DNA of 64,000 bases from Oscillospiraceae bacterium (GCA_015063325.1 SVUK01000004.1:148665-212664); one strand, 5' to 3'. Positions 43,124 to 53,641 are shown, counted from the first letter of the stretch. The notes: generated by a model from the sequence alone, not told the origin. Made by a program: numbers and translations.

Positions 43124-44882
43124 AATCATCAAACGGCTTGCTGGCTGTGTGCGCGAATACAAAGGCTTGTCGATCGCAACCCTCCTTTTAATGGTGGGCG
43201 AAGCGGCAATCGAGAGTGTGATTCCGTTTATCACGGGCGAGTACCTCATCAACGTTATTCAAAAGAGCAACGGCAACGTGGAAATGCCGTACATCATCAA
43301 AATCGGAATTCTCATGGCGGTCATGGCGCTCTTTTCGCTGGCATTCGGCGGATTTGCCGGCTTGACAGCGGCAAAAGCCGCCGCAGGTTTTGCAAAAAAT
43401 TTGCGACACGACCTGTTCGGAAAGGTGCAGGAATTTACCTTCCATAATATCGACAAATTTTCGTCTGCCTCGTTGGTGACGCGTATGACGAGCGACGTTA
43501 CCAACGTGCGCATGTCCTACATGATGCTGATCCGCATAGCAATACGCAGCCCCCTGATGCTTATTTTTTCCATCATTATGGCGGCAAAGGCGTGCGGATG
43601 GATGTCGCTGACCTTTGTTGTGGTCATTCCGATTTTGGTATTTGGCTTTTTGATCATTTTCAGGCGTGCCATGCCGGCGTTCCGCCGCGTGTTCAAAAAG
43701 TACGACAAATTGAATGAATCCATCGAGGAAAACGTGCGCGGAATGCGTGTTGTCAAAGGATTTTCGCGCGAGGAGTACGAGAAGAAAAAGTTTGCAGCCG
43801 CGTCCGATGCGATTTGCGAGGACTTTACCAAAGCCGAGCGGATCGTAGCATGGAACACGCCGCTGATGAATTTTTGTATGTATTTCAATATGATCTTTAC
43901 GCTGATTGTCGGTTCGTGGCTTGCCATTGCAAAACCACAGACGGGCGTGAATGTCGGACAGCTTTCCATGATGTTGAATTACGGAATGCAAGTACTCATG
44001 TCTTTGATGATGTTCTCCATGATTTTTGTTATGGTCACCATTTCGGTGGAAAGTGCCAAGCGTATCTGCGAGGTGCTGGAGGAGGAACCGGATATGAAAA
44101 CGCCGGAGGATCCTGCAACCAAGGTTGCCGATGGGTCGATCGAGTTTGAAAATGTATCCTTTAAATACGCCGCCGATGCACAGGTATTTGCACTTTCGGA
44201 TATCAACCTTAAAATCCCATCCGGCGCAACGGTCGGTATTTTGGGAGGAACGGGATCGAGTAAATCCTCGCTTGTGCAACTGATTCCCCGACTGTATGAC
44301 GCTTCCGAAGGGGTAGTCCGTGTAGGCGGCAAGGATGTGCGCGATTACGATACCGCCATCCTGCGCGATTCGGTTGCTATGGTGTTGCAAAAGAATCTGT
44401 TGTTCTCGGGTACGATCAAGGAAAATCTGCGTTGGGGCAACGAAAACGCCACCGATGAGGAATTGATCGAAGCCTGCAAGCTTGCCCAAGCGGATAGCTT
44501 TGTGCAGTCCTTCCCCGAAGGGTACGATACCCATATCGAGCAGGGAGGCACCAACGTTTCGGGCGGACAGAAACAGCGCCTTTGCATTGCACGCGCACTA
44601 CTCAAAAAGCCGAAGATTCTGATTTTGGACGATTCCACCAGCGCGGTGGATACGAAAACCGATGCGCTCATCCGCGCCGGTTTCCGCTCCTATATTCCTG
44701 CCACAACCAAAATCATCATTGCCCAGCGCATAGCCTCGGTGCAGGACGCCGATATGATCGTGGTAATGGAAAACGGCAGAATCGCTTCCGTCGGAACACA
44801 TGAAGAATTGATGAAGAGCAGTGAGATCTACCGTGAGATTTATGAACAACAAACCAACGGAAACGGAGGGGATGAACAATGA
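43116..44882 (+). CDS. ABC exporter permease/ATPase (heterodimer partner 1)
   Basis: TM domain plus ILGGTGSSKSS, VSGGQKQRLCIAR and ILILDDSTSAVD. Overlaps the marR stop. Confidence 0.9.
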   Translation: MGKIIKRLAGCVREYKGLSIATLLLMVGEAAIESVIPFITGEYLINVIQKSNGNVEMPYIIKIGILMAVMALFSLAFGGFAGLTAAKAAAGFAKNLRHDLFGKVQEFTFHNIDKFSSASLVTRMTSDVTNVRMSYMMLIRIAIRSPLMLIFSIIMAAKACGWMSLTFVVVIPILVFGFLIIFRRAMPAFRRVFKKYDKLNESIEENVRGMRVVKGFSREEYEKKKFAAASDAICEDFTKAERIVAWNTPLMNFCMYFNMIFTLIVGSWLAIAKPQTGVNVGQLSMMLNYGMQVLMSLMMFSMIFVMVTISVESAKRICEVLEEEPDMKTPEDPATKVADGSIEFENVSFKYAADAQVFALSDINLKIPSGATVGILGGTGSSKSSLVQLIPRLYDASEGVVRVGGKDVRDYDTAILRDSVAMVLQKNLLFSGTIKENLRWGNENATDEELIEACKLAQADSFVQSFPEGYDTHIEQGGTNVSGGQKQRLCIARALLKKPKILILDDSTSAVDTKTDALIRAGFRSYIPATTKIIIAQRIASVQDADMIVVMENGRIASVGTHEELMKSSEIYREIYEQQTNGNGGDEQ

Positions 44883-46858
44883 ATCGAAAAATGTCAATGC
44901 CTCCGAAAGGCGCAAAGGGAGCAATGCCCATGCGCGGCAAACCGAAAATGGATTTCAAGGTGCTCGGCAGAACCGTGAAAATGCTGTTCAAATTTTATCC
45001 GCGCATGGTGCCGATCTCCATCGTTTGCATTCTGTTTTCGGCAATTACCGCAACTCTCCCGGCAATTTTTTTGCAAAAGGTGACCGAAACAATCGGCATT
45101 GCGTTCAATCAGCAATTGTCGTGGGGAGAGGCAAGTAAAATTATCATTCCGCAGATTTTGCTTTTGATCGGATTTTATGTGCTTTCGCTCATCGCGGTCA
45201 CGCTGGAGACCCAGCTTGCCGCCTATATCACGCAGGGATTTCTTTCCAAAATGCGTAAATCCATGTTCGACGGCATGCAGAATTTGCCCATTCGCTATTT
45301 TGATACGCATCAGCACGGCGATATCATGAGTTATTACACCAACGATATTGACACACTTCGCCAACTCATCGGGCAGTCGCTGCCAACGCTCATTCGATGC
45401 GTGACCATCGTCGTCAGTGTTTTCTTTATTATGCTTTGGTTCAGCGTATGGCTGACGCTCATTGTCGTTGCCGGAGTCATCATCATGTTTTTGGTTTCCG
45501 GCAAACTGGGCGGCGGTTCGGCAAAATTTTTCATTCGCCAGCAAAAGGCTTTTGCCGCCGAGGAAGGTTATATTCAGGAGACCATGAACGGGCAAAAAGT
45601 GGTCAAGGTTTTCAATCATGAAAAAAAGACCATGCAGGAGTTCGACAATCTGAACAACGAGCTGTTCCAGAACGCCTACCGTGCCCATGCTTATGCGAAT
45701 ATGCTCGGACCGATCATCATGAATATCGGAAATCTCTTATACGTGGTTAATGTCATTGCCGGATGCCTGCTCATTATCAACGGCGCCTTCAATCCGAGCA
45801 TCGGACTTTTGTTCGGCAAGGTAGGATCAACAATGGAAGGGGTTTTGGGAATCAGTATCGTGATTTCCTTCCTTTCCATGACCAAGCAGTTTACCGGCAA
45901 CATTAACCAAGCCACCCAGCAGATCAACTCCATCGTTATGGCAATGGCAGGTGCCGGGCGCGTCTTCTCGCTCGTTGACGAAGCTCCCGAAGCCGACAAC
46001 GGCTACGTCACGCTGGTCAATGCCGAAATTGCCGAGGACGGCACCGTGACCCCAACCGAAAAGCACACCGGCAAATGGGCTTGGCGCCATCCGCACGAGG
46101 ACGGCACCGTGACCTATACCCAGTTGCGCGGCGACGTGCGCCTGACCGATGTGGATTTTGCCTATGTGGAAGGCAAGCCGGTTTTGCACGACGTGACCGT
46201 ATTTGCCGAGCCGGGACAAAAGGTTGCGTTCGTCGGCGCGACGGGCGCGGGAAAAACCACCATTACCAACCTGATCAACCGATTTTACGATATTGCTGAC
46301 GGTAAGATTCGTTACGATGGAATCAACATCAATAAGATCAAAAAATCCGATCTGCGGCGCTCGCTCGGCATCGTTTTGCAGGATACCAACCTCTTCACCG
46401 GAACGGTGATGGAGAATATCCGCTACGGCAAGCTGGATGCCACCGACGAGGAGTGCATGACCGCCGCAAAGCTCGCCGGCGCCGATGATTTTATCACCCG
46501 TTTGCCGCAGGGATATCAAACCGAGCTTTCCAACAACGGCGCAAACCTTTCGCAAGGACAGCGGCAATTGATTGCCATTGCACGCGCCGCGGTCGCCGAC
46601 CCACCGGTGATGATTTTGGACGAAGCGACCTCCTCCATCGATACGCATACCGAGGCAATCGTACAAAAGGGAATGGATGCGCTGATGAAGGGCAGAACCG
46701 TGTTCGTCATTGCCCACCGGCTGTCCACTGTCCGCAATTCGGACGTGATCATGGTACTGGACCACGGCAGGATCATCGAGCGAGGCAATCATGAAAAACT
46801 GATTGCCGAAAAGGGACAGTACTATCAACTTTATACCGGCGCGTTTGAACTGGAATAA
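44879..46858 (+). CDS. ABC exporter permease/ATPase (heterodimer partner 2)
   Basis: TM domain plus FVGATGAGKTT, LSQGQRQLIAIAR and VMILDEATSSID. ATGA overlap with partner 1. Confidence 0.9.
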   Translation: MNRKMSMPPKGAKGAMPMRGKPKMDFKVLGRTVKMLFKFYPRMVPISIVCILFSAITATLPAIFLQKVTETIGIAFNQQLSWGEASKIIIPQILLLIGFYVLSLIAVTLETQLAAYITQGFLSKMRKSMFDGMQNLPIRYFDTHQHGDIMSYYTNDIDTLRQLIGQSLPTLIRCVTIVVSVFFIMLWFSVWLTLIVVAGVIIMFLVSGKLGGGSAKFFIRQQKAFAAEEGYIQETMNGQKVVKVFNHEKKTMQEFDNLNNELFQNAYRAHAYANMLGPIIMNIGNLLYVVNVIAGCLLIINGAFNPSIGLLFGKVGSTMEGVLGISIVISFLSMTKQFTGNINQATQQINSIVMAMAGAGRVFSLVDEAPEADNGYVTLVNAEIAEDGTVTPTEKHTGKWAWRHPHEDGTVTYTQLRGDVRLTDVDFAYVEGKPVLHDVTVFAEPGQKVAFVGATGAGKTTITNLINRFYDIADGKIRYDGININKIKKSDLRRSLGIVLQDTNLFTGTVMENIRYGKLDATDEECMTAAKLAGADDFITRLPQGYQTELSNNGANLSQGQRQLIAIARAAVADPPVMILDEATSSIDTHTEAIVQKGMDALMKGRTVFVIAHRLSTVRNSDVIMVLDHGRIIERGNHEKLIAEKGQYYQLYTGAFELE

Positions 46859-46931
46859 AAAACTTGTTTGGACCGGAATAAAAAACTTGTTTGGACCGGA
46901 ATAAAAAACTTGTTTGGACCGGAACAAAAAA
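46852..46931. repeat. 23-bp tandem direct repeat, about 3.5 copies
   Basis: ggaataaaaaacttgtttggacc occurs three times (46852-46874, 46875-46897, 46898-46920), followed by a partial ggaacaaaaaa. The first copy contains the stop codon of the ABC gene. Confidence 0.85.
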
Positions 46932-47166
46932 GAGAGAAGGAGAGCCTTTCCAAAAGGCTTTCCTTTTTTCTTTCTGTTCTTTTCTTTCCTTTCCTTTTTT
47001 GCGTTCAAAGACATTGTGAAACTTGCAATAAAACCGTAATGGATGGAAGAATCATAGAAGCGCAATAACGGCAAAAACGAACAAAAACCAATTCTCAGCT
47101 CAACAGGGTAAAAGGGCTTAGTTTTTTGTGTCGCGCCTTGACGAACACCGATATACTGTTAGCAAA

Positions 47167-47193
47167 GGTTGCCGCCGGGCAACCGATTTTTTT
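47167..47193 (+). terminator. intrinsic-terminator-like hairpin in the zupT leader
   Basis: GGTTGCC-gccg-GGCAACC followed by GATTTTTTT, ending 25 nt upstream of ATG 47218. Confidence 0.5.
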
Positions 47194-47217
47194 AACGGTG
47201 CAAGGGGTTTGAAATAT

Positions 47218-48000
47218 ATGGTTTGGCAAATTGTTTTCGGCGTATTGATTCCGTTTTTCGGAACGGTATTGGGCGCTTGTTGTGTTCTTCTGTTGAAAGG
47301 CGAATTGAATCGTCGATTGCAAAGGAGTATGGCTGGGTTTGCCGCAGGCGTAATGGTGGCGGCGTCGGTTTGGAGCCTTTTGATTCCTGCCATCGAGAAA
47401 TCAGCCAAAATGGGAAAACTTTCCTTTCTGCCGGCGGCAATCGGCTATTCAATCGGCTTTCTATTTTTGTTGATTTTGGATTTCGTTATTCCGCAGCCAG
47501 AGGAATTGACAATTCGGGAAAAGGAAACGAAGGGCGGCATGCGGAAAATTCGTATGATGGTGCTTGCCGTAACGCTTCATAATATTCCCGAGGGAATGGC
47601 GGTGGGTGTTGCCTTTGCCGCAGTTCTGGTCGAGAAAAATCCGGCAATGGTGTCGGCGGCAATGGCACTTTCGGTGGGTATTGCAGTTCAAAATTTTCCC
47701 GAGGGCGCCATTGTTTCCATGCCGCTGGCAAGCGCCGGGGAACCAAAGGGCAAAGCCCTTCTTTGGGGCATTTTTTCGGGTGCTGTAGAACTGCTGGGCG
47801 CAGGAATTATGCTTCTCGCGTCGGTTTGGCTCGCTCCTGCCATGCCGTGGTTTTTAAGCTTTGCGGCAGGTGCAATGTTTTATGTGGTAGTGGAGGAACT
47901 GATCCCCGAAATGGAGGACGGCGTGCGCAATAAAATCGGAGCGATCAGTTTTGCCGCCGGTTTTTTAATCATGATGATTTTAGACGTTCTTTTGGGTTGA
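47218..48000 (+). CDS. zupT: ZIP-family metal (zinc) transporter
   Basis: LHNIPEGMAVG and VQNFPEGAIV motifs with multiple TM helices. Start at ATG 47218 (MVWQIVFGVL). Confidence 0.85.
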   Translation: MVWQIVFGVLIPFFGTVLGACCVLLLKGELNRRLQRSMAGFAAGVMVAASVWSLLIPAIEKSAKMGKLSFLPAAIGYSIGFLFLLILDFVIPQPEELTIREKETKGGMRKIRMMVLAVTLHNIPEGMAVGVAFAAVLVEKNPAMVSAAMALSVGIAVQNFPEGAIVSMPLASAGEPKGKALLWGIFSGAVELLGAGIMLLASVWLAPAMPWFLSFAAGAMFYVVVEELIPEMEDGVRNKIGAISFAAGFLIMMILDVLLG

Positions 48001-48152
48001 ATCTCCCGTTTCAGAGTTTGCCAACGGTAATCTTTTATAAAAGGGTTGCAAAACCGGTCGATTTGTGATACAATGAAAACCGAATCGGCAAAAAAGGAGA
48101 GCCGAAGTCAAAAAACACAATAAAACGCAGCAAAATTTAAGGAAAGTTAAAA

Positions 48153-48956
48153 ATGGGTTACGGATTTTTTGATTATAAATACCACATTCCCGATGAATAT
48201 AAAACGGGAATGTTTACAACGGCACATATCGGCATGATTGTCCTTGTTTACCTGCTTGCAATCTTTCTCCCAATTCTTTTGCGAAACGTACAAAGAAGGA
48301 AAATTACAATTTTTCTTCGCGTTTTATCCATCGCCATGGTGGTTTTGGAAGTGACCAAAATCACATGGGAAAGCTATTTTGATATCACCACCGGTCAGGG
48401 GTTCAACTTTGGCGGCATTCTACCGCTTTATACCTGTTCGCTTTTTATTTATACGCTTTTGTTTGCCGCTTGGACAAAGGGCAGAGTGCAAAAGGTTGCC
48501 CTTTCGTTTATCACCACCATCGGACTTCTTTTCGGAGCGATCGGCGTGGTGTACTGCAACGGACTGAACTGGTATCCGCTGTTCTCTTTCGGCGGATTGT
48601 ATTCGTTTTTGTTCCACAGTACCATGTTTGTAACGGGAATGTTGCTTTTGATCACACAGTATCATGAGCCTGAATGGAAGGATAGCCTTTGGATCATGAT
48701 TCCCGTTCTCCTCTTGTCGGTTTTCGCCATTCCGGCAAACTATCGGTGGAGCGCCGACTATATGCTTTTGTACAGTGGATCTGGTGTTCCGATTTATGAA
48801 GAAATTGCCGCCGCCGCGGCAGAAAAGGGATTGCGCTTTCTGTACACATTGCTCATGTTAATAACGCATATTCCGCTTGCCTGCTTGGTCATCGGAGTAG
48901 CGAAATTTGTCAAATGGAGCGCAAAAAAAATCAAAAAGAAACCGTCCGGAGATTAA
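48153..48956 (+). CDS. polytopic integral membrane protein (YwaF/TMEM164-like)
   Basis: About 7 TM helices with an LPLYTCSL motif. The family assignment is from memory only. Confidence 0.6.
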   Translation: MGYGFFDYKYHIPDEYKTGMFTTAHIGMIVLVYLLAIFLPILLRNVQRRKITIFLRVLSIAMVVLEVTKITWESYFDITTGQGFNFGGILPLYTCSLFIYTLLFAAWTKGRVQKVALSFITTIGLLFGAIGVVYCNGLNWYPLFSFGGLYSFLFHSTMFVTGMLLLITQYHEPEWKDSLWIMIPVLLLSVFAIPANYRWSADYMLLYSGSGVPIYEEIAAAAAEKGLRFLYTLLMLITHIPLACLVIGVAKFVKWSAKKIKKKPSGD

Positions 48957-49123
48957 AATTCTCCGGATTGTTCTTTTTTCGTGTAAAATTTCAAAAAAAC
49001 AGGAAGAATCCCCTTGTATTCGCGCTTTTATTATGTTATAATATCTATGTATCTTTATTATAGAATTATAGAATGGATTATAGAGTGAATCCAAACGCCG
49101 AAAGAAAGGAGGGTGACCGATCC

Positions 49124-52100
49124 GTGAAAAAAAGAAACGAACAAAGCCGAGACGACGATTTTGATTTGTTTGAGGATGAAAACGAAAAGAATTCCGAAAG
49201 TGCCGGAAATCGTGGGACAAGTTCTTCCGAGCGGACAGGCGCGTCCGGTGGCAGAACGGGGAAACGATCAACGTCCGATTCCGCAACCCGGGCGAGACGG
49301 GGAAATGCAACGGGCGAAAAAGAGACGGTACGTTTAACGCCGGAACGCCGAGGCGGAAACAGAGCGCGTAGCCAAACCGTTTTGCAGTATCTATTTTTGG
49401 GGTTGGGCATTTTCTTCTTTATTTGCCTGTTTTTAAATCTTTTGTGCAATTTCGGAAACCGATTGGAAGATCCGTCCAAACACTGGATGGGCTATGTCGG
49501 ATATGGAATTTCCTATGCTTTCCATGGATTGTTCGGTTCATCGGCATTTCTGCTGCCAATCGGTATGGTTGTGTTTTTCGTGTTTTGGAAACGACTGCGA
49601 GAAGAACGCCGGCTCGTTTTCAAATTGCTCAATGGGGTTGCACTTTTGCTGATTCTGTCAACAATCATTCATACCTTTTACCTTGCCATTGTGCTCAGGG
49701 ATAAAGTGGATTTGGGCGCAGGAGAGCTGATTCGTCGGGGCGTCGCGTTGAGCGGCGGCGGACTGTTCGGCGGAAAACTTGCTTATTTTGGGGTGCGGTT
49801 TCTCAACTGGGCAGGCGCCTTTATCTTGGAATTCATTCTGTTCTTTGCAAGCTTTTTCTATATGCTGGGAATGACGCCGAGGTATATTTTGATGCGTTGG
49901 AGCCATCGCCGTGAGCTTTCGGGCAAAGATAAGAAGACCTTGAGCGAGCAGGAGGCGGAAAAAGCCAAACGCCGCGCAAAAGAAGCGGCAGAGGAAAAAC
50001 GGGCGCAATCCAGCGTTGTAAAAACAACGCCGGAAGGATTCCCCGATGGCTCGGTTACCGTTTATAAAAATGGAGGAACAGCAGCGCAATCTAAAAATCC
50101 GGAGCGTCCACCCATCCCGACAACCTCCGGTTCCGATGAGCAACAGCTTTATCTGCCGGCAGAGGTACGGCGCAAAATGCGCGAGGAGGACGAGCGCAAG
50201 CGTCAGCAGGCAGAGGAACAGAGGGAGAGAAAACGCCTTGCCGAAGAGCAGGCAAGCAGGGAACAGTTGAATGCAACTGCTACCTACAGAAGTGCTTCGG
50301 CTACGGCACAACAGGGAACCGCGATTCCGTTGCCCGAGGCTTCCAAAAAGTCGGAACCGATGAATCCGGAAAAACCGGCAGTCACCTCTACCGTACGTGC
50401 CGCAACCCCGTCGCCTATACCGACCGTTTCGGAAGAAGTGCGCACAAGCTATGAGAGCGCCGACCCGATTTTTCCGCAAACAGATAACAAAGGGGTTAAA
50501 AAGGTCCGTAAAGAGGATCGCAATTTTGACCTGAAGGATATTTTTAACGACGAGGATATTGACGAACCGCTTGCGCAACCGCCGCAGCACGCGCCGCTTC
50601 CGCCGGAAAAACCGGTACCAAACCGTTCCGCGCCGAAAAAAGCGCCGCCTCCGCCGGAAGAACCTCCGGTAAAGGAATATCTTTATCCACCGATGGACCT
50701 GCTCAAACGAGGCGCTCCCATGAGCGAGGAAAATCGGTCGGAAATCGAGCAGAATATGCGCCTTTTGGCAACGACACTGGAAAATTTCCGTGTGGGAGTC
50801 AAAGGAATCGACTATGCCTGCGGACCGACGGTCACCCGGTATGAGATTACTCCTGCCGCCGGTGTCCATGCAAAATCCATCACCAATCTTGCAAGCGATA
50901 TTGCGTTGGCATTCGCCGTTTCAGATGTTCGAATGTCGCAAATTTCGGGCAAGAGCGCCATCGGTGTAGAGGTTCCGAACAAAACGCGCTATACCGTATT
51001 TTTGAGGAATCTTTTGGAAAGTCCGGCATTCCAGAATGGGAAGACTAAGTTGACGGTTGCGCTCGGCGCGGACGTTGTCAACGATCCGGTAATTTTTGAT
51101 ATCACCGAAATGCCGCACCTGCTGGTCGGCGGTGCTACCAAAATGGGTAAATCGGTTTGTATCAACTGTACCATCATCAGCCTTTTGTTCCGCGCAAGAC
51201 CGGATGAAGTCAAGCTGATTCTGATCGACCCGAAGAAAGTGGAATTTACCCCTTACAAGAGCATTCCGCATTTGTTGGCGCCGATCATCACCAGCGCAAA
51301 CGACGCGGCAGGTGCTCTGCAAGCCGCTGTAGCCGAAATGGAATCACGCTTCGAGCTGATTCAGGAGGTCGGAGCAAAGAATGCCGAGGCGTACAACGAA
51401 ATCACAAAGAACGATCCTGACAAACCGTTCATGCCGTACCTTGTCATCATTATCGACGAGCTTGCAGACCTGATGTTGCAGGCAAGGGATCAGGTGGAGG
51501 AACCCATTTGCCGCCTGTTGCAAAAGGGACGCGCAAGCGGTATTCACCTTATTTTGGGCACCCAGCGTCCGTCAGTGGACGTTGTCACCGGTCTGATTAA
51601 ATCCAACGTTCCTTCGCGAATTGCCTGCACGGTGGCGTCGCAGGTCGACTCCAGAACCATTTTGGACGGCGTTGGCGCAGAGAAACTGTTGGGGCGCGGC
51701 GACATGTTGTTTTCGCCGGTTGGATCCACTCGCCCCGAGCGTGTGCAGGGCGCATTCGTTTCGGATAAAGAAGTGGAAAGCGTATGTAATTTTATTCGCG
51801 CCAAGAACGGCAACGCCGTTTATGACGAGAAATTCACCGAAAAGATGAAAGAGTTTTCCGCCGAAATCGCCAAAGCCGGCAGTAAAGCGGAAGACGTTGT
51901 CGTTTCGGACGACGCAAAGGACGACAACAAGTATCTGGACGCCGTTCGCGTTGCAATGGAGGAAGGGAAGATGTCCACTTCGTTGTTGCAGCGACGGTTG
52001 GGGCTTGGCTACGGTCGTGCCGCAAAGCTGATTGACCGGATGCAGGCGGAGGGAATTGTTTCTCCGCCGGACGGTTCCAAACCGCGGTCGGTTCTCATCA

Positions 52101-52168
52101 CTGCCGATGAATTTATGGAGCGTTTTGCAAACGACGAGTTCTCCTCCGGCGGCGAATCGGAAGACTGA
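49124..52168 (+). CDS. ftsK: DNA translocase FtsK/SpoIIIE
   Basis: N-terminal TM helices, a Pro/Glu/Lys-rich linker, Walker A VGGATKMGKSV, Walker B LVIIIDELADL, gamma domain LLQRRLGLGYGRAAKLIDRM. Start at GTG 49124 (AAAGGAGGG RBS). The track ATG at 49073 lacks an RBS. Confidence 0.9.
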   Translation: MKKRNEQSRDDDFDLFEDENEKNSESAGNRGTSSSERTGASGGRTGKRSTSDSATRARRGNATGEKETVRLTPERRGGNRARSQTVLQYLFLGLGIFFFICLFLNLLCNFGNRLEDPSKHWMGYVGYGISYAFHGLFGSSAFLLPIGMVVFFVFWKRLREERRLVFKLLNGVALLLILSTIIHTFYLAIVLRDKVDLGAGELIRRGVALSGGGLFGGKLAYFGVRFLNWAGAFILEFILFFASFFYMLGMTPRYILMRWSHRRELSGKDKKTLSEQEAEKAKRRAKEAAEEKRAQSSVVKTTPEGFPDGSVTVYKNGGTAAQSKNPERPPIPTTSGSDEQQLYLPAEVRRKMREEDERKRQQAEEQRERKRLAEEQASREQLNATATYRSASATAQQGTAIPLPEASKKSEPMNPEKPAVTSTVRAATPSPIPTVSEEVRTSYESADPIFPQTDNKGVKKVRKEDRNFDLKDIFNDEDIDEPLAQPPQHAPLPPEKPVPNRSAPKKAPPPPEEPPVKEYLYPPMDLLKRGAPMSEENRSEIEQNMRLLATTLENFRVGVKGIDYACGPTVTRYEITPAAGVHAKSITNLASDIALAFAVSDVRMSQISGKSAIGVEVPNKTRYTVFLRNLLESPAFQNGKTKLTVALGADVVNDPVIFDITEMPHLLVGGATKMGKSVCINCTIISLLFRARPDEVKLILIDPKKVEFTPYKSIPHLLAPIITSANDAAGALQAAVAEMESRFELIQEVGAKNAEAYNEITKNDPDKPFMPYLVIIIDELADLMLQARDQVEEPICRLLQKGRASGIHLILGTQRPSVDVVTGLIKSNVPSRIACTVASQVDSRTILDGVGAEKLLGRGDMLFSPVGSTRPERVQGAFVSDKEVESVCNFIRAKNGNAVYDEKFTEKMKEFSAEIAKAGSKAEDVVVSDDAKDDNKYLDAVRVAMEEGKMSTSLLQRRLGLGYGRAAKLIDRMQAEGIVSPPDGSKPRSVLITADEFMERFANDEFSSGGESED

Positions 52169-52179
52169 GTGAAAAATCA

Positions 52180-52211
52180 CCGGGCGAACGGAATATCGTT
52201 CGCCCGGTTTG
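52180..52211 (+). terminator. ftsK terminator
   Basis: ccgggcgaacg-gaatat-cgttcgcccgg followed by tttgc. Confidence 0.6.
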
Positions 52212-52237
52212 CTATCAAAGAACCCGGAAAAATCAAG

Positions 52238-52282
52238 CAAAAAAAGCGCGGCGGAATCGGGAGATTCCGCCGCGCTTTTTTA
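52238..52282. terminator. bidirectional terminator
   Basis: A-run, then agcgcggcggaatc-ggga-gattccgccgcgct, then a T-run. Lies 18 nt downstream of the minus-strand LRR gene stop. Confidence 0.7.
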
Positions 52283-52299
52283 TCAATTGTTTATCTTAA

Positions 52300-53481
52300 T
52301 TATTTATCGCTCTCCAAAACGCCGTCCGAGCAAATGATTTTGTATTTTTTCATTCCCTCATCCCAAGCAATCACTTTGTTCGAGGTCGTATTTTCATTTC
52401 CGTCGGTGTTCGGAATATTGATCGAGTTCCACTGTGCTTTCGTTCCAACATAGTGAATCGTTTTCAGCATATAGCAGTTGTAGAATGCGCCCTGACCGAT
52501 GAGATCCAGTGTAAGCGGAATCTCAATTTCGGAAAGACCGCGGCAGTTGCGGAAGGTGGATTCGCCAATCGTCCGAAGGGCAGCGGGAAACGTTACAGTG
52601 GTTAAAGCAGTGCAACCATAAAAGGTTTGCTCCAGGGAAAGGACCTTGTCCGAGCGGAAAACGGCGTCGGTCAACTTTTCGCAACCCTTGAAAGCCGCTT
52701 TTCCAACAATGCGAACATTTTGCGGAATCTCAATGTGCTCAATTTTGGCGCAACCCTCAAAGGCAAAATCCTTAATTTCTTCCAGAGATTGCGGCAGAAC
52801 AACATTTTTCAGCTCGGAGCATCCATAGAAAGCACCCTCACCGATCAAGGTAATTCCTTCGCTGAAAGTGACCGTTTCCAAACCAAGGCAGTTGTAGAAA
52901 GCCGTGTCAAAAAATTGCAAACCGGAGGGCAGTGAAATTTGTTTCAATGCGTTGCAACCACGAAATGCGTTTTCGCCAATCCATTCCAAATCGTCGGAAA
53001 ATGCAATATTGTTCAGTTTCTCGCAACCGTCAAAAGCGTATCTGCCAATCGTTACCACATTGTTGCCGCCGGAAACTTTTGTCAAAGCGGTGCAACCGGC
53101 GAAGGCATAGTTTTCAATGGTGGTAACCGAGGAGGGAAGGACCACTTCTTCAATGGCGGTTTTCAGTTGAAAAGCACCGCGACCAATCGTAATGACCGGA
53201 ACGCCTGTTCCATCCTCTGCGGAGTTCGAGGGAATTTCAACGGGCAGAACGGTTTTTGTAACGTTTCCTTCATCGTCTGTTTCCGTTTTCGTTTCCACTT
53301 TAAAAAGCGAACCGGGCGTAACCGAGCAACCGATCACCTTGCCATCCTTGGTAATGTTGGTAAAGTTCCATTTTGCGGCTTTTTCAGTCTCATCAACCGT
53401 TTTGCGAGAGCAGGAAGCAAAAATGGCAACAATCGAAACGCAAAGAGTCAAAGCGACCAAAAGCGCAAGAAATTTTTTCAT
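52300..53481 (-). CDS. leucine-rich-repeat (BspA-like) surface lipoprotein
   Basis: Lipoprotein signal MKKFLALLVALTLCVSIVAIFASC. About ten repeats of the I-G-x-x-A-F-x-x-C-x-x-L pattern. Start at ATG 53481. Confidence 0.8.
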   Translation of the reverse strand: MKKFLALLVALTLCVSIVAIFASCSRKTVDETEKAAKWNFTNITKDGKVIGCSVTPGSLFKVETKTETDDEGNVTKTVLPVEIPSNSAEDGTGVPVITIGRGAFQLKTAIEEVVLPSSVTTIENYAFAGCTALTKVSGGNNVVTIGRYAFDGCEKLNNIAFSDDLEWIGENAFRGCNALKQISLPSGLQFFDTAFYNCLGLETVTFSEGITLIGEGAFYGCSELKNVVLPQSLEEIKDFAFEGCAKIEHIEIPQNVRIVGKAAFKGCEKLTDAVFRSDKVLSLEQTFYGCTALTTVTFPAALRTIGESTFRNCRGLSEIEIPLTLDLIGQGAFYNCYMLKTIHYVGTKAQWNSINIPNTDGNENTTSNKVIAWDEGMKKYKIICSDGVLESDK

Positions 53482-53607
53482 ATTTTGTGCAACCAAACCT
53501 TTCCGAGAAATAAAAGATTACAAACTTCTCCATCACAGATATAAATATCTTATCATAATAAAAGCAATTTGTCAACCCTTTCCGAAAAAAGAAAAGACCC
53601 CTAAATA

Positions 53608-53641
53608 AACAAAAAACAGGAGCGCCCCACATGGGACGCTC
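53608..53641 (-). terminator. spo0A terminator
   Basis: Minus strand: ggagcgtccc-atgt-ggggcgctcc followed by TGTTTTTT. Confidence 0.65.

Noticed and set aside
46852-46931. CRISPR array
   Set aside because: The 23-bp units are directly adjacent with no spacers, there are only about 3.5 copies, and there are no cas genes in the window.
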